Positions 38,570 through 51,823 of a DNA stretch of 64,000 nucleotides are shown piece by piece. Source of the DNA: Sarea resinae. Its lineage: Eukaryota. The notes beneath the pieces were generated by a model. That model searched no databases. It had not been told where the DNA came from and was given only the letters and a program-made list of their open reading frames with translations. Within the stretch, counting starts at the first letter, position 1; every line of letters starts with the position of its first letter. Location: contig JAPEUD010000039.1 of assembly GCA_026026165.1 (NCBI GenBank), positions 1-64,000 of the forward strand, given 5' to 3'. The position numbers and the translations under genes were made by a program.

Positions 38570-41100
38570 TGCCTTGCCATGCGGGATCGAGAGGCATCCG
38601 AGGCTCCCCCGCCACTGCTTTCCCTTTGGCGACGATGTTCGGCAAGATGCTGAAAATCCGACTTGCCGACATGGATGCAAAGTTGATCCCGCTCGCTCGA
38701 TTTCAGGCCTTGGCGTCGGTAGTCGTTACCGAAGAGTAGAAGATGGCCCGGTACATCACCAGGATTATCAACGCCATCGATGCCGAGTCTGCTGCTCAAG
38801 AAAAGGCGCTAAACGGGGAGAACCGAGATGGCTGCGAGGCTAGGTTCTCTCTGTGGAATGACTGCCTGATCGTGGCACTCGACCCGCCCCCGGGTAGAAT
38901 GACCCCCGATTGGTCCTTCCGGTCTGGACAGCGGCTGGAGTTTGCTGAGCGCGAGCCTGATGCTACCCAGTCCGAGCCCTCCACAGATAAGGGCAAGGGA
39001 AAGGAAGTGGCCGCCGCTGATCCGGAGCTGCTAGAGCGCGTCGAGATCCGTGTCAAGGATTCCATGCCAGTGCCCGGCACCCTCACGGCCGTAGTGGAGA
39101 GTTCTATCGACGCAAAGGTCCGGGAAAGACTCCTGGCAGCGGACGCTTTGCCAATGCGCGTCCAAGTGAAGATCATCTACGAGGATCCCACTGCGGACCG
39201 TAGCTCCGCTGCCTTAAGAAGCTGGCGGAGATCTGGGGTCTCCGACCAGTTTAGGAGCCTGCCGAGAGGCCGAGAGTCCTGCTCGACCTCAAGAGCATTC
39301 TCTTGCCCCATGCCCCTTTCGATCCAAGCCCGAAGCCTCTGGATTATAAAAAGGGCACGGGCACCATAGGGGCGGCAGATATTCCCAACCTCGCCTCGTG
39401 GGGTCTGAATGCCGCCCAGACCGCGGCAATCGTGAGCGGCCAGGCTCCTCCAGGAGGAGTGACCATCGTCCAGGGCCCGCCGGGGACGGGGAAGTCCAAG
39501 AAATTGGGCCACTACATCCTCTCCCTCCGCCAGAAGCACCAAAGCCATAAGATCATTGTCTGTGCCTCCACCAATCAAGCGCTGGATGCAATCCTTGCCA
39601 GCGCAGAGGCGGTGTTCAAAGCGGCCGGGACGGGCTTCCCTGCATGCCGGGTCACCTCCTTGCACCAAGTGGCAAGGAGGTACCTCATGACTCGGGCGAT
39701 GGTGGTGAGTCCGGACGTGTCGTCGTACGACATTGATGCGCTGAGGCGCGACAAAGCCGAGCGTGGCAACTGGGCGCTGTACAAGGAGGGGTTGCGTCAG
39801 CTCGAGGAATTGGGCTACATCAAAGACCCGAACGCTGCCGATGGCTACAGGAAAGAGGCGAGTGCTCTGGCCAAGAAGATCCTTGAGGAGACCGGCATGT
39901 TCTTTGCCACTTGTGGCATGTCCGGCGTCAAGAGCATCCAGTGGCACTACAAGGCCGAAGTTCTCGTGATTGACGAGGCCGGGTTCATCAGAGACCCGGA
40001 CGTCGTCATGCCGCTAGCGGGTGAACATGCCGCTAGTCCAGGCGCTTTATCTCACGGGCGACCCGTACCAAAACGGGCCCGTGCTCCTCACCGCAGCTGC
40101 CGAAGCGGCCTGGAGGCAGCCCATAATGGGCCGCTTGATGGAAAAGCGTCCCGCACCTCCTCTCGACGTGCAGTACCGATGCCACGCAGGCATCGGTGCC
40201 GCAACGAGTCAGGCGTTCTACTAATGGCGCTTTAGTCACGGTCCACCCATCATTATTTACTGGGAGCTTTAATCTTTTCTAACACTAACAAATATTGATA
40301 GAGTCTGTATATCTAATTCAAACAGAATCACTTGGAAAATAGAGGAGGAAAGAGCAGATAAGCTAAAATCTCCTTACTCTCCTGCTCTTTACAACATCAA
40401 TACCGGACAAAATTGTCTAGAACTATTAACTAGAACTATTAACCAAAGCTTCTTTACTATATAGGGCTCTATACTACTTCACGTTAAAGGGCATTACAGA
40501 CTATATGTTAACATATATCTTATAAAGGAGAGTGTAATCTCAATGAATTTAAAGGAAAATACAAAATTTACTATGCGAAAACCTTATAGACTTAAACACT
40601 GGACGGCTTTACATCTAGTGGTTTACATTCTTTAAAATATCGTATAAGACAAAATATACGGTCAGAGCAAGACCGTCAAAAGCACATCGAACGCTTTGGA
40701 GGCGCTGGCGGTCACTCGGTTGGTGGAGGCGGTCCACGCAATGGGGTTTGACTACAACGACATTCTAGTCATAGCCCCATTCAAGGCACAGGTTGCAGAG
40801 CTCTCAAGGGTGGCAGCTGTGACCGGGTGGACCGCCCCCATCAAAACGATCGACAAGGCGCAGGGCGCTGAAGCAGAAGTTGTCATCTTCTGCTTCACCC
40901 GGACCGCAGGCAACTTGGGCTTTCTTCGGCGCGAAAAGCGGATTAACATGGCTACCTCGACAGCTCGAGAAGTATTTTTCATAGTCGGCAACTACGACTA
41001 TATTCAAGAGACCGCGGGCCATCCATTCCGACAGTATCTCAGTGCTCTTAAACCTAATAGGACCACGATCCGCGGAAATCTTGGATGGAAACTCGCTTGA
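38570..41100 (+). pseudogene. Upf1/DNA2/NAM7-like superfamily 1B helicase pseudogene (intronless)
   Basis: Walker A QGPPGTGKS, motif Ia VCASTNQALD, ATC, Walker B LVIDEAG, GDPYQNGP, LDVQYRCH, IAPFKAQV, TIDKAQGAEAEVVIF, RINMATSTAR. Frameshifts at ~39214 and 40017-40020, stops at ~39252 and 40222, AT-rich insertion at ~40250-40658. Confidence 0.88.
40250..40658. mobile_element. AT-rich, TpA-rich insertion (probable RIP-degraded repeat fragment) inside the helicase
   Basis: Abrupt drop in GC between helicase motifs QYRCH and IAPF; includes a tandem CTAGAACTATTAA duplication at ~40417-40442. Confidence 0.55.
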
Positions 41101-41124
41101 ATGTAGTTGTGGTTGCTCGAAGAC

Positions 41125-41540
41125 TTCCCGAGCTCCGCCCGCCGCTTCCCGCCTGCCGTGCCCTGTCCCGCCGCTTCCTGCCTCTGCCGCTTCATGTCTG
41201 TTGCTTCCTACCTATCATCCCCTCCTGCCGTACCCTGCCTTTTGTTCGCTCCTACCGTGTCCTGCCTGTCGTTCCCTGCTGTCGTTCCCTGCTGTCATTC
41301 CCTGCCTACTTCTTCTTGTATCCCCGCTCCGCCCTGTCCCGGCCTCTGGCTTACCGCTCTAAGCCCGTGTGTCTTCTTGTTTCCTCGTCCGCATCCTTCC
41401 TGCCGACCTCCTCCCGCGCCCACCACTCTCTGCCCCGCCTCTCCCTTGCCTAACACTCTCTTCTTCGTCGAGTCACCTCTTACCGGCCCTGTCTCCTCTC
41501 GTCTACCGCTTTTGCCTCTGGCATGCCTCGTTTCGGCGCT
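41125..41540. repeat. Pyrimidine-rich degenerate short tandem repeats (CCCTGCYGTC-like)
   Basis: Repeated cctgccg/ccctgctgtc units with very strong strand asymmetry. Confidence 0.6.
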
Positions 41541-41899
41541 CTAAATTCCATGTTTCTTCTTACCCGCATCTGAAAGCGTAAATCGTCAGCTTCGAGGCGT
41601 GATTCATCAGGCACGGCAGGGCACAAATTGTGAAGTCATTGGAGTTTCTAAAAGCGTTCTTTATATGCAGCATGTTATTTCTTTTTTTTCCTTTCGTTGG
41701 CATCGGGTATTAGGAACTGGGCTTTCTTTATTTCAGCAAATGTACTTTTAGCTAGACTATCAATTTCACGATTTCCTTTTGATGAGAACTCGATACTACG
41801 GAATAGCAAAGATGATCTGTCGGTGAAAGCCAACTGGATTTAGCTACGACTATGTCCGATTGCCAATCTTTCTTGGTCAGGCAATAGTCTGTAGACAAT

Positions 41900-42620
41900 A
41901 GAAGTGAGCCAACACTGTTTAATAACGCCGAAAAGAGCTGTTTGATTTCTATTCCTATCAGAAATTAAAGTAAAAGCCCTTTGAGATCTATATAAAATTG
42001 ACTTTGTCTCACGACATTAGCTAAAGACTATGCAGCGCTTGTAATTCTGATATCTCAATCGACAGGTTTATTACTACGCTAACTATTACATTACACTTAC
42101 TAACCTAAAGTAAGTTTTTAGATTAGTAGGATGATTATATCTATAGTCTAATCTAGTAGTAGTCTAGGTCGAGTTTTTCTGAGCACTGCTACATATAACA
42201 TTTTGCTCGTGTAATTGTAGGTCTAGGCTACATAAACACTAAAAGACATTTAATCTTCTATGTGATAAGAGTGTTACCTATAATTATTACTATCACATCC
42301 TATAGGTGTATGAAACTATGCTGTAACACATGCAAACAGCAACTATAGGTGTATTTCAAGCATATATACGGCCTCAAAATTCACGTGGTGGGTTATTAGA
42401 TATATTTTCCTATCTAGTATAATGTTCTTTTCCTTGTATTCTTTGTTATAACAGTAGTAGATGGATTAGATAGGATTTATTAAAGGGAAATATGTTGGCA
42501 TCTCTTTTTCATTATATCAGGCTGCCTCTAGACTTCGAGCTGTAATGCCACTAATAACGAAGGTAGTAGTGCTCACAGAAAAAACCAAAGTTTTGCCTAA
42601 CGTTCCGCTACATTGATACG
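41900..42620. other. AT/TpA-rich relic segment marking the right edge of the island
   Basis: Low GC, many TA dinucleotides and no ORFs; resembles RIPed DNA. Confidence 0.45.
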
Positions 42621-42825
42621 CGTGTGAAATTGTAATCTGGCCGAGTCAGTTTGATGTGTATTTGATACAAGGCAAGGTCTGTTGTCGCCTCTATGGACAA
42701 GTATATAAGTGGAGAAAGCATTGCTTTAGTTTCAAGCTACTTCGATATCGACAAACGAACGAGCAGACCAAACACTCAAAACGCCCTAGAATGCAATGCC
42801 GACACACTGACACCCACAAGCCCGG

Positions 42826-44696
42826 TCAAACAGCTGGATGAGCAGGCACGGCCTGCCCCCCTGGACCTTCCTTCCCATCCCACTTCCCTTTCGGTTTCCA
42901 GCTCTGCTGCCTCCTCTCGGCCTCGTCGTGATCGTACGTGGCCTCGCTCATGAACGGGCTCCGGCGACGGATCTCAGGTCCCTTGAACAGAAGCAGCACG
43001 GGCACGAAGCTGAGCACCAAGCCGATGAAGCCCAGCAGACTCGAGGCCCACTGATAGTGCAGATTCTTGTAGAGGTCGAAGCTGGCGAGCGGTAGGAAGG
43101 CGCCGAAGGTGTTGCGGCCGAGCGAGGCGGCCGAGAGTGCCGACGCCGCGTATTTCTCGTACGCATCCGCTAGATAATTCACGACGGCCAGGTAGATCGA
43201 GTAGATGCCCAGGCCGACGCAGCCGATTCCCAGCGTTGGCACGATCCATGGCACCGACGGATAGCTGGACCAGCCGTACCAGAAGAGCCCAGCAGTGAAG
43301 AGCAGACTACCGGGCACGGCGGTGTAGAGGCGCGCCTCGGGGATGGGCGTGCCGGGGATTTCCTTGTTGTAGCGGGCGCTGCGGAGGTAGAGCCAGTCCT
43401 GGAAGGGGTTGACGATGGTACCGACAATGGCGCCGGCCGAGATGGCTAGCTGGATCAGCGACGTCTGAAATGTGCTAAAGCCGTAGTTGTTCGAGAAGGT
43501 CTGGCTGATCGACTGCGTGAACAGGAACAGAATGCCCCAGGCGAACGATACCCAGAGCGTGAACGAGAACACCACCCATTCGGTGAAGAGCATCTTCGTA
43601 GGCCGTCGGAAGGACTCTTTCAGCATCTGGACGACGCTTTCTTTTTGGACTTCCGAAGGGGCGAAGATGTTTGTGCGGCCAGTGGATTTACGGAGTTTCT
43701 TTGCGCGGCGGGCGAGGATGACGTCGCCTCTGGTTTCCTTCAAGATGAGATAGAAGATCGGGAGACAGCCACCGTCGAAGATGAGTTGAATATAATAGAT
43801 CCATCGCCAATAGAGATTGCGCTGGATGGCTCCGCCGACAAAGGGACCAAGCGCAATGCCAATCACGGACGTCATGCCGAATATCGACATTGGGATACTT
43901 CGCTCATCGGGGCCCTTCCAGATATCACTGATGGTGCCACCGACGATGTTGATGGACACCGAAGATGCGCCTCCGCCGAAGAAACGTGTCACGACCATAG
44001 TGGCAAAATTCTTCGCTACAGCTGAAGGGACAAGAAAGATCAGGAAAATGATGTATGATATCTAAGTCGGTTAGTATGGACGAAAGGCCAACGTCGCAGG
44101 AAAACCCACAAAGTATCCCGGCATGCGCCCTGAATTCTCAGTCAGAGGAACGAATAGCAGTGGAAATAGAGCGGCGCCAATGTTCCAGGAGGTCGTGGCC
44201 CAGAAGAGCCAGGGGAATTTGGCATCACTGACGTGAAAGCGCTGTTCCATGCCTTCACTACCAGCACCATATGCTCCAGCGGGAAGACCCGTCAAGATGG
44301 AGCTATTTGGATTAGTCTGATGTCCGGTGATGATTGCATGAGAGCTTACATGAAGCATGTTGTGATGGTGAGAATCCATTTTCTCTTTTTCGACCAGTTG
44401 AATCTGTCCCTATATCAGCCCAATGTCCAGTCGAGTGCAAGGGCGACAACATACGGATTCTCGGGATCATTTGGTCCATCCCAGTCGATGATTTCGATAT
44501 CACCATGCTCATTTTCCAGATTATCGACTTCTTTTCCCGAGCCAGGCTGGTCTGAAGAAGCTGTACTTTCTGAACACAAAGGTCAGCTGTGTACCATCCA
44601 AGAGCGTGAGCTCCACAAACCATTTGCCGTAGTATGGGCTTCCTCATGCTCTAGTCTTCCAGCCTCCAGCTCGCTGGCGTCTTTGTATTCGGCCAT
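42826..44696 (-). CDS. MFS transporter, DHA1 (drug:H+ antiporter) type, multi-exon
   Basis: WDGPNDPENP motif, PLTENSGRMP, TRFFGGGASS..GGTISDIW, LGPFVGG, PEARL, YLADAYEKYAASA; about 12 hydrophobic segments. Confidence 0.9.
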
Positions 44697-46079
44697 GATA
44701 AAGAGAAGGTATGGCAGCCACGCCGACAAGATTTGGGCTAAATTCTTTGGAAACGTCTATGACAGCCAAAGTGATAATTCTATTTGCTCATCGAATCCCA
44801 GGAGGTGGGAAACAAAGACAAGGCAAGATAACAGACTGAGTGATAAGACTGGGTAGTCCAAGAAAGAGAAAGAGAGAGAGACGTGCAGCGCGCAAGACAA
44901 TAAGAAAAGGAAAAGCCAAGCCGTCCAGAATATGTCATCGGAGCCAGTGCTCCGAAACTGCTACTCCCGCACTGCCATGGCGAAAGCTCGGAGAGCAGCC
45001 ATAGCCAAGCTGTCGGCGTCCGGAATTCCGTCACATAAAAAGGTGGGAAGCTGGCTCTTAGCTTCTCTAGAGCTGTTCTGACGTCGATGTGATTGTGATT
45101 GAGAGTCAGGCCTATTGCATTCCGGGCTGACGAGTGAGCGGTGCACAGGAAAGTATAGTACCACCGCAAAGCCACCGAAGGCTACCGAAGAGCCACCGAC
45201 TCAGCAAGATCATCTCCCGAGCCCTTCAGGCACGGGCCGAATTTCCGAGTGGATTGATTGAATGCATGGTCTTTGATTATTAAAAGACGAACATATTCAC
45301 ACGAAAAGGCCATGTCGTGGTATTGGAATGGTATGATTGCGATATTTTCCTGGTGTTATCCATAATGCTTATCTAATGATAATCGATGGATACCTTACTC
45401 TACTCGAGTAGTACTGCAGAGTCGAGAAATGACGACAGCCTGTACTGTGTAACTGGCACACCTTAAATCAACGTGGCGGGACATCCTCGGAACTTACTAG
45501 GGACCCAAGGTACGCGACTTGCCCCTAAGCGGTTAGCTTCAACCTCATCGCCTTGGTTCCCGTACACTAGGACTGTTAGTAGATGCTCGTAGACTCCACT
45601 GCTGAGATTACTGATATAGATAGATCTTGCCCCGTCCTTTGATGTTCCCCACCGGTGTTCGCGTTCGAGCATCACTCGACAAGTCAGTCGAGGCTCAGTC
45701 AGAAGAGAGACTTGACGTCTTGCTTCATCACAGTCGAGTTCGGACGTGGAGATGATACTTGTTGCTTATGTGCTGTTGCGCTTTCATCGCATGTTCAATC
45801 GCCTAACGTCACGAACCGTTGTTGGCAAGACCCACCCAAAGAGTGGAAGTCTGACAGAGAGAAAGAAGAGATTCCTTAGAGTAGAGAGCCGCCCGGATCC
45901 TAGGTCCTCTATATGTCCCGTCCCAAATCCTGTCGAAACAGGATCACTACAAGAGAACAGTATAAAATAGTCAACATCAAGGAAAAAGTCGAACGAACGC
46001 CAATCAAATTGCCCAAGAATCCTACCCATGACTGGAGTACATGTCGAGAGAATGAAATGGTAGATATATAGAATTTCGA

Positions 46080-48041
46080 TCAAACTTCGGTTTCAAGACC
46101 CTCTGCCCGATTTGAAAGGCTTCTTGTGCTCGCAGTCTCACTGGCACTAGCCGTTGACGTGTCTTCTGGATCGGCGAGGTAGACTGGAGAGTCAAATTAG
46201 TGTTCGTATGTCAGGAAAACAAGGGAGACACTTACTATGCGGACGGATGAACAGACTGAGCACAAATGCCAGTCCAAATGTCGAGGCTAGACAGATGAAT
46301 ACAGTCTGCGTAAACTTGCCTACCGTAGCACTATATATAAGATTGAAAATGGTCGGCGCCACAATCCGCGCCAGGGCATGTAGTAGACCGGTCGCGCCCA
46401 GTAACTGACCCGTCCGATCAGGTGGAACGGTTTTGGTAAGAGCGGACTGCAGCGTGGGAGAACCGATACCGCCGATGGAGGCGATGGCGCCAGATACGAT
46501 GAAGAGAGGTCCTGTGCGCACGACAGCATAGCCAAGGTAGCCGAGAGTGTCAAAGAGTACGGCCACGCGGATGATGTTGAGATCAAAGTTGTCGGAACCC
46601 GAGTTCTTGTGCCGGCGAGAGCGATCGGGGTGGTTATTTGCAGACCCACTATAGTAGTTGCCGCGGAAGAGGCTGATGAACAATGGTAAGAAAACAAGGA
46701 GAACGAGCACGCGGCAGGTGTTGACTATCGAGACAAAGATGCTGGTTTCGAGATTGCCCCAGCCAAAGGCGTACTCTGAATAGATGACGACGACTGCCAT
46801 CGATCCCATGGCAACGCCGAAAATGGTGGCATCGACGACTGACAGCAACAAAAGATTCCTGCGAAGGGCATGGCTGGAGCCCTCGCCCCTGGGGTAGAGA
46901 ATGCTCAGGGGGGCGAGGAGATTGGCTTCTTTCAGCCAAGAGCGCCAGGACAAGCTGTGGTTTTCGCTCCTCAGAAGGCGGTGCTTCTCCCGGCCTGCGG
47001 CCTGTCGGTCTTTCGAGAGAGATTCAGGAAGGAAGAAGATAACGACAAGAACGAAAGTGGCATGGCAGGCCAGGGCGATGTAGAAGACCGTTAATAACTC
47101 GCCTGTCGCTTTGATGATATACCCTGCTATCACCGGCCCCGCGGCAATGCCAGAAAATAATATCCCATGAAACATGGCAAAAATGACGCTGCGTTTCGCA
47201 GGAGGACTGCAGTCCGAGGCGTACGAATGTGTGACAGCCATGGCGGCGATAAAAGAGCCGCACATGCCATCGAAAAAGTAGCCAAGAAGAATCCAGTTGA
47301 CGGAGATGGTGTCGGGATATGAAGCTGCAATGATGGTGATGACCTCTTCCGCCATCAGACCCGACGTTATCAGGGCCATAACTCTATTCCGGCCAAACCT
47401 ATCCGAAAGCGCCCCTAATTTCGGGCTTGTGATTGCCGAGAAGATTCCGGTGATTAGATTGGCGTAGAGCGTGAACTTAGATACCAACGATTGCACCTCT
47501 GGGATCTGACATTGGGGATTATCGATTCCGAAGATGACGGGCTTCGGCGTAAAGCCATGGTCATTCTTGGATCGATCAGTCAGATATTCTCGGCACACCA
47601 GCGAGAGGATCAGATTCAATTTGGGAACGACGATTCCTCCGTAGGCTAGCGTCGAGAGACAGAAGAGCGGTAGCAGCCAGGCAATCTAGTCGTGCACATA
47701 TGAGAACGGGCCGTTGGATGATTGGGGGATGTTCTCACCGATGGCCGTTTCCACCAAGGCAAGTCCTTGAACTCTGCGGTGCCAGCCCATTCCTGCTCGC
47801 CATCGGACTCGTCACTGAAGGAATTGGAAGAGCTCTTCAACGACGATCGATCTCCCGAATCTGCCAAGAGCGGTGTCCTTTCCGGTTCGGTCAATACGCC
47901 CTTGATCGTCGACGAAGTGCCATGCTCTGCTTGCGGATGATGGTGATGCGAAGCATGATGGGAAGCATGCCGTTCGGCAGACCTCGACCGAAGCTGACCG
48001 TCAACCTCTACATCGGCCGCGAAGACGACATCGTTATCCAT
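46080..48041 (-). CDS. MFS transporter (SLC46/tetracycline-efflux-like fungal family), 3 exons
   Basis: LPWWKRPS, VPKLNLILSLVCREY, PKLGALSDRFGR, SYASDC, SPTLQSALTK..P..TGQLLGA; multiple TM segments. Confidence 0.88.
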
Positions 48042-49067
48042 GGTATTGTTGGGCTACTTTTTTTCCTGAGCATTGGCCAGTTGCATTCAGGACGTCAAAG
48101 ATCCGAGTTCTCGTGAGCGATAAGACCGGTAGCGATACTTGATAAGATATTGAAATTTCCGTCAGCGGAAGTCGACGAATCCAATTATATGCAATATCTC
48201 TCACGCTGTTCGACCACGGTGGACACGCCTGGATTGCATGAGAGATGGGGAAAATGGTGGCGACAGACACGTATTCCGTGGCCAAGCTCTCGCTCTCTCA
48301 ACAAGCGGCCGCTTGTTGGAACGGGAAGGGAAGGTCAGGTCGACGATCGACGACGTAATCTAGTGAGATAGGTATGTGATCAAGTACTTCGTACGGGGGG
48401 GGGGTACCTGCCCCATCTCGAGTTGGCGAATGGCGATTGGTAAGTCGGTGTTCCCCCACGATCCATCCCGCCCCTTTCGACACCAATCCCAATGCTCCTC
48501 AGACATTCTGCGCAGTACTGAGACGCAAGGAAGGAAAGAGGAAAACAGAGGGAGCGAAAGACAGCCCGGGAGGCATGGACCAGAGACGACAGTCACGAAG
48601 AGTATGGACGTAAGGTGCTTTGTATTAGGTAGCATCTGGGCGCCCATTCCACTTCCGACAGACACTCCGTACTTTGTACACCATCTTCCCCAGCAACGAA
48701 GGTGCCTAGCCAAGTACCTCGTACATCGCGATGATCAATTCGCGATCTGCATGTCCTAGTAAGTCGTGCGCCCGAGAAAGGGCTCGGAGATAAGATAACC
48801 ATATGTACGAAACTACCTCGCTCAGTGGACGTCTATCGAGTACATGGATACATTGCTACTCTCTACAAACAAGAGATATGACCATCACCTCGCCGGCAGT
48901 GATACCTGGCCTAGAACAGATCCAACCTCAATTCTTCAGCCCCCAGCCTCTCGACTCATCCTGCGAATGCATTCGGACCCAGCCCGAGAAAGATGGCTGT
49001 CAGATAGCAAAGGAAATCGCTCGCTGACCAACGCAAGAGAAAGCAAGAGAAAGCAAGAGGAGACACG

Positions 49068-50646
49068 TTAATAGCCCTGCTGCCTGTGCCATTTCTCTTC
49101 CCAGCCGGGAAAGTAAGGATATTCGTCGAGGGTGCGCACCTCCCAATCCTTGTCCATCAGTCCCTTTTCCTTTTGCTCTCGTTCGTACTGCTCCATAGCT
49201 GGGATGACGACATGCTCGACATGCCACGTGTTCTTGTACTCCATCAAGCTCTTCTTGCCTTCTTTGAGGACCTTGAGAAGCACGCTCGGGACGTACGGCT
49301 CGTCGCGGAACTCCTCGACGGGGGTGAAGAGGGCTTTGAAGTTGAATACCACGGATGAGGAAAGAGGGAGACGGCGCAGAGTCTGCCAGTCGACACGCAG
49401 GTGGCATCGTGACAGCGGAAGATCGGGCATCTGCTTCATGCGGTGTTCTTCGTGGGGGTCACCGGGAGGCATGAAGAGTGGTTGGTCAATTTCCAGCCCC
49501 CAGGAACCGCGCTGGATAGGGCTGTCTGTTGGCATCTTGGCAAAGTAACTGGTTTTCCCGTTAGGGTCTTGTGCGATGGCAGGGAGGATGGCCACTTACC
49601 GATCCATGGAGAATTGCATCTTCTCTTTATAATCCGGGATGGGGACGTGAATTTCATCCATGCGCATGCCGAGTTTGGTCGCAACGTTCCATCCAAGGCT
49701 GGAGCAGATGACGCCAGATCGGAAGTAATAGTAGCCGTCTTCAGGGTTGCGATATACCATGGCAAAATCCTCGGGGACGTTTTGGAGCAGGACGTGTAAC
49801 GGGTGAGTCAACTTGAGGTTCGTCTCGTTCTTGAGGAGTCCGTTGTAGAAGACGGTCTTGTCCTTTGAGAGCGAGAAATGCTGCGGGTAACGGGCGCAGT
49901 AGAACTGGAGAGCAATTTCCATTATCTCCTTGCAGCCCAGCTCGGTTCCTGGCATGTAGTCGAGAACCATCTTTCCGTACTTGGCAAAGAGGTCTTTCCT
50001 TTGATTCACTCGCTCCACGTAAGTGTTTTCAATTTCGAGCCACCAGTCCGGTTCCATTTTCTTGTACGCTGGTGGAACGTCGTTAGCATAGACTTGGGAG
50101 GTGAAACCATCACTTACACATGGTTTGGTGGTAGACCCAGCGAAAAGGCCTATATGGTCGGGGCAAGGCTTTCTTGATGTCGAATTCCTTGTACGGATTG
50201 GGGAGAGGGACGCCGCTGAGAGTGGGGTAATCGGGAAAATTGCCAAGAGCTCTGGCCTCTTCCACAGAAAACTCGGCGGGGAGGTAGGCGGGCATCGGCT
50301 GTACTTGGTAAGACGCTTCGAAAGGGATCTGGAGGTCGTAGGCCTTCGGATTGGGCTTCAGAGACCCAAGCTTCTTCTTCTGACTCGGTGACATGACATT
50401 TGCGACGACGGCAAGGGTACTTCGGCGCGAAGGTGGATATGTATCTTTGTAAGGGGCCTTGTCATCGAAGGCTGCCTTCTTTGCAGCAGCAAGGTCGCGC
50501 GGCGGGGTAGTGGCTCCCGACGTGCGCCTTCTCTGGAAGGGTACGCGGCTTAGAAGAATGTCTCGGCGGCTCTTGCTCACGGCGAGATAGAAAATGGAGC
50601 TGCAGATGAAGGCGAGGCCGAGACCAAGCATCAAAGGTGACGCCAT
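49068..50646 (-). CDS. DUF3445 family protein (heme-dependent oxidative N-demethylase alpha-like) with N-terminal TM anchor
   Basis: ALPRPYRPFRWVYHQTM / KMEPDWWLEIENTY, VPEDF, IHVPIPDYKEK, IQRGSWG, LRVDWQTLRRLPLS; introns at ~50070-50116 and ~49547-49599. Confidence 0.85.
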
Positions 50647-51823
50647 GATGCTGTTGGTATATATAAAGCGAAAAGGATGAGAGGAAAGATATAGCAGCCG
50701 CCGGGTTCACTTCAGACTGTGGCAATGAGAGAAGGGGCAGCTCGAGATATATATACAATGTCTCGAGAATACTTTCTATACGTCAAGGGAACTTTTACCC
50801 TTCGATAAGGATAGTGCCGAATTAGGGTGGAGTAGAGAGAGAGCCGATCCAGGCACCCAAAGCGACGAATGAGCAGAGGAGCTTATCAGAATGGGAAACG
50901 GTGGGCGAAGATCGATCAATCCCTCGAGGATTCGCCGTGTATATCATGTATGGCTGACCTGACGAAAAGGAACCCTGACGGACTTCCATTGCCCTGATTA
51001 CAGTGGATGTCGCTTCGATTCTGCGCGATAGGCGATGCGACCGGAAAGGAAACGGTACAGGCTCACAGACAGGTCCTTAATGCAGAGGAAGTTGGGTGGG
51101 GGGAGGAGGGGTAGGACTCGAGCGATAGAGGGTTGAGGACTCACAAACTCTCTACGTAGTAGTGAGAGATCCGACATGGAACAACCTTCTATGTAAGGAC
51201 CCCTCCAGCAGCCGCCTGGCCTGGGGTAACAGAGGTCTTCTTCGCCTCTTCCGGTTTAGCGCCTGGGTCCCACGTACTCTTTCCCGATGCGGTAAACAGT
51301 TCCTCCGGTACCTCTCCGATGTACTGGCTCTGCACTGCAGAATCATGCAGCATTCAGACCTTTGTCTCCATCGCCTTTCTCGCCACGGCACGTACGATTT
51401 CTTTTGATAATTTAAAGTCTTTTAGAATCTGTTTGCGAATGCTCTATGTTCAAGTGCCATGCATGTACTCTACCCTACCTGTAACCGTTGACCCTTGGGC
51501 CTACAATCCTGATCCCAATACCTTTCCTATCCACAGTCCGTCATAATCGTCGTGTACCGAAGAGTTGCCAATGTGCTCGAGCGCGCGACCGTCGTGTTCC
51601 CCACAGTCCAGAACACGGCAAAGGAAAATACAACGAATATGATACAAACCACGGTAGCCCTGAGAAGAGAGATTAAAGGAAAGAACGCCTGGAGACCACG
51701 GAGATTCGTTTCATAAATGGAAGAGGGCCTGTCGCCTAGAAGATTCTATTGAAAATCTGCGTATTCGAATGGCAAGCAAGTATCGCTTTTTGTTTCACCA
51801 GTCTGATGTGGCCCAAAGGAAAA

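Noticed and set aside
39177..39947. 256-aa minus-strand ORF
   Set aside because: Antisense shadow of the GC-rich helicase frame.
38570..41100. Helitron RepHel
   Set aside because: Motifs are Upf1/DNA2-type rather than PIF1-type, no HUH Rep motifs are seen, and the hairpin repeats lack the canonical spacing to a CTRR end.
8788..42620. Starship giant transposon inserted at 5S rDNA
   Set aside because: The 5S gene is intact, and no DUF3435 tyrosine-recombinase captain, second 5S fragment or direct repeat is visible at the other edge.
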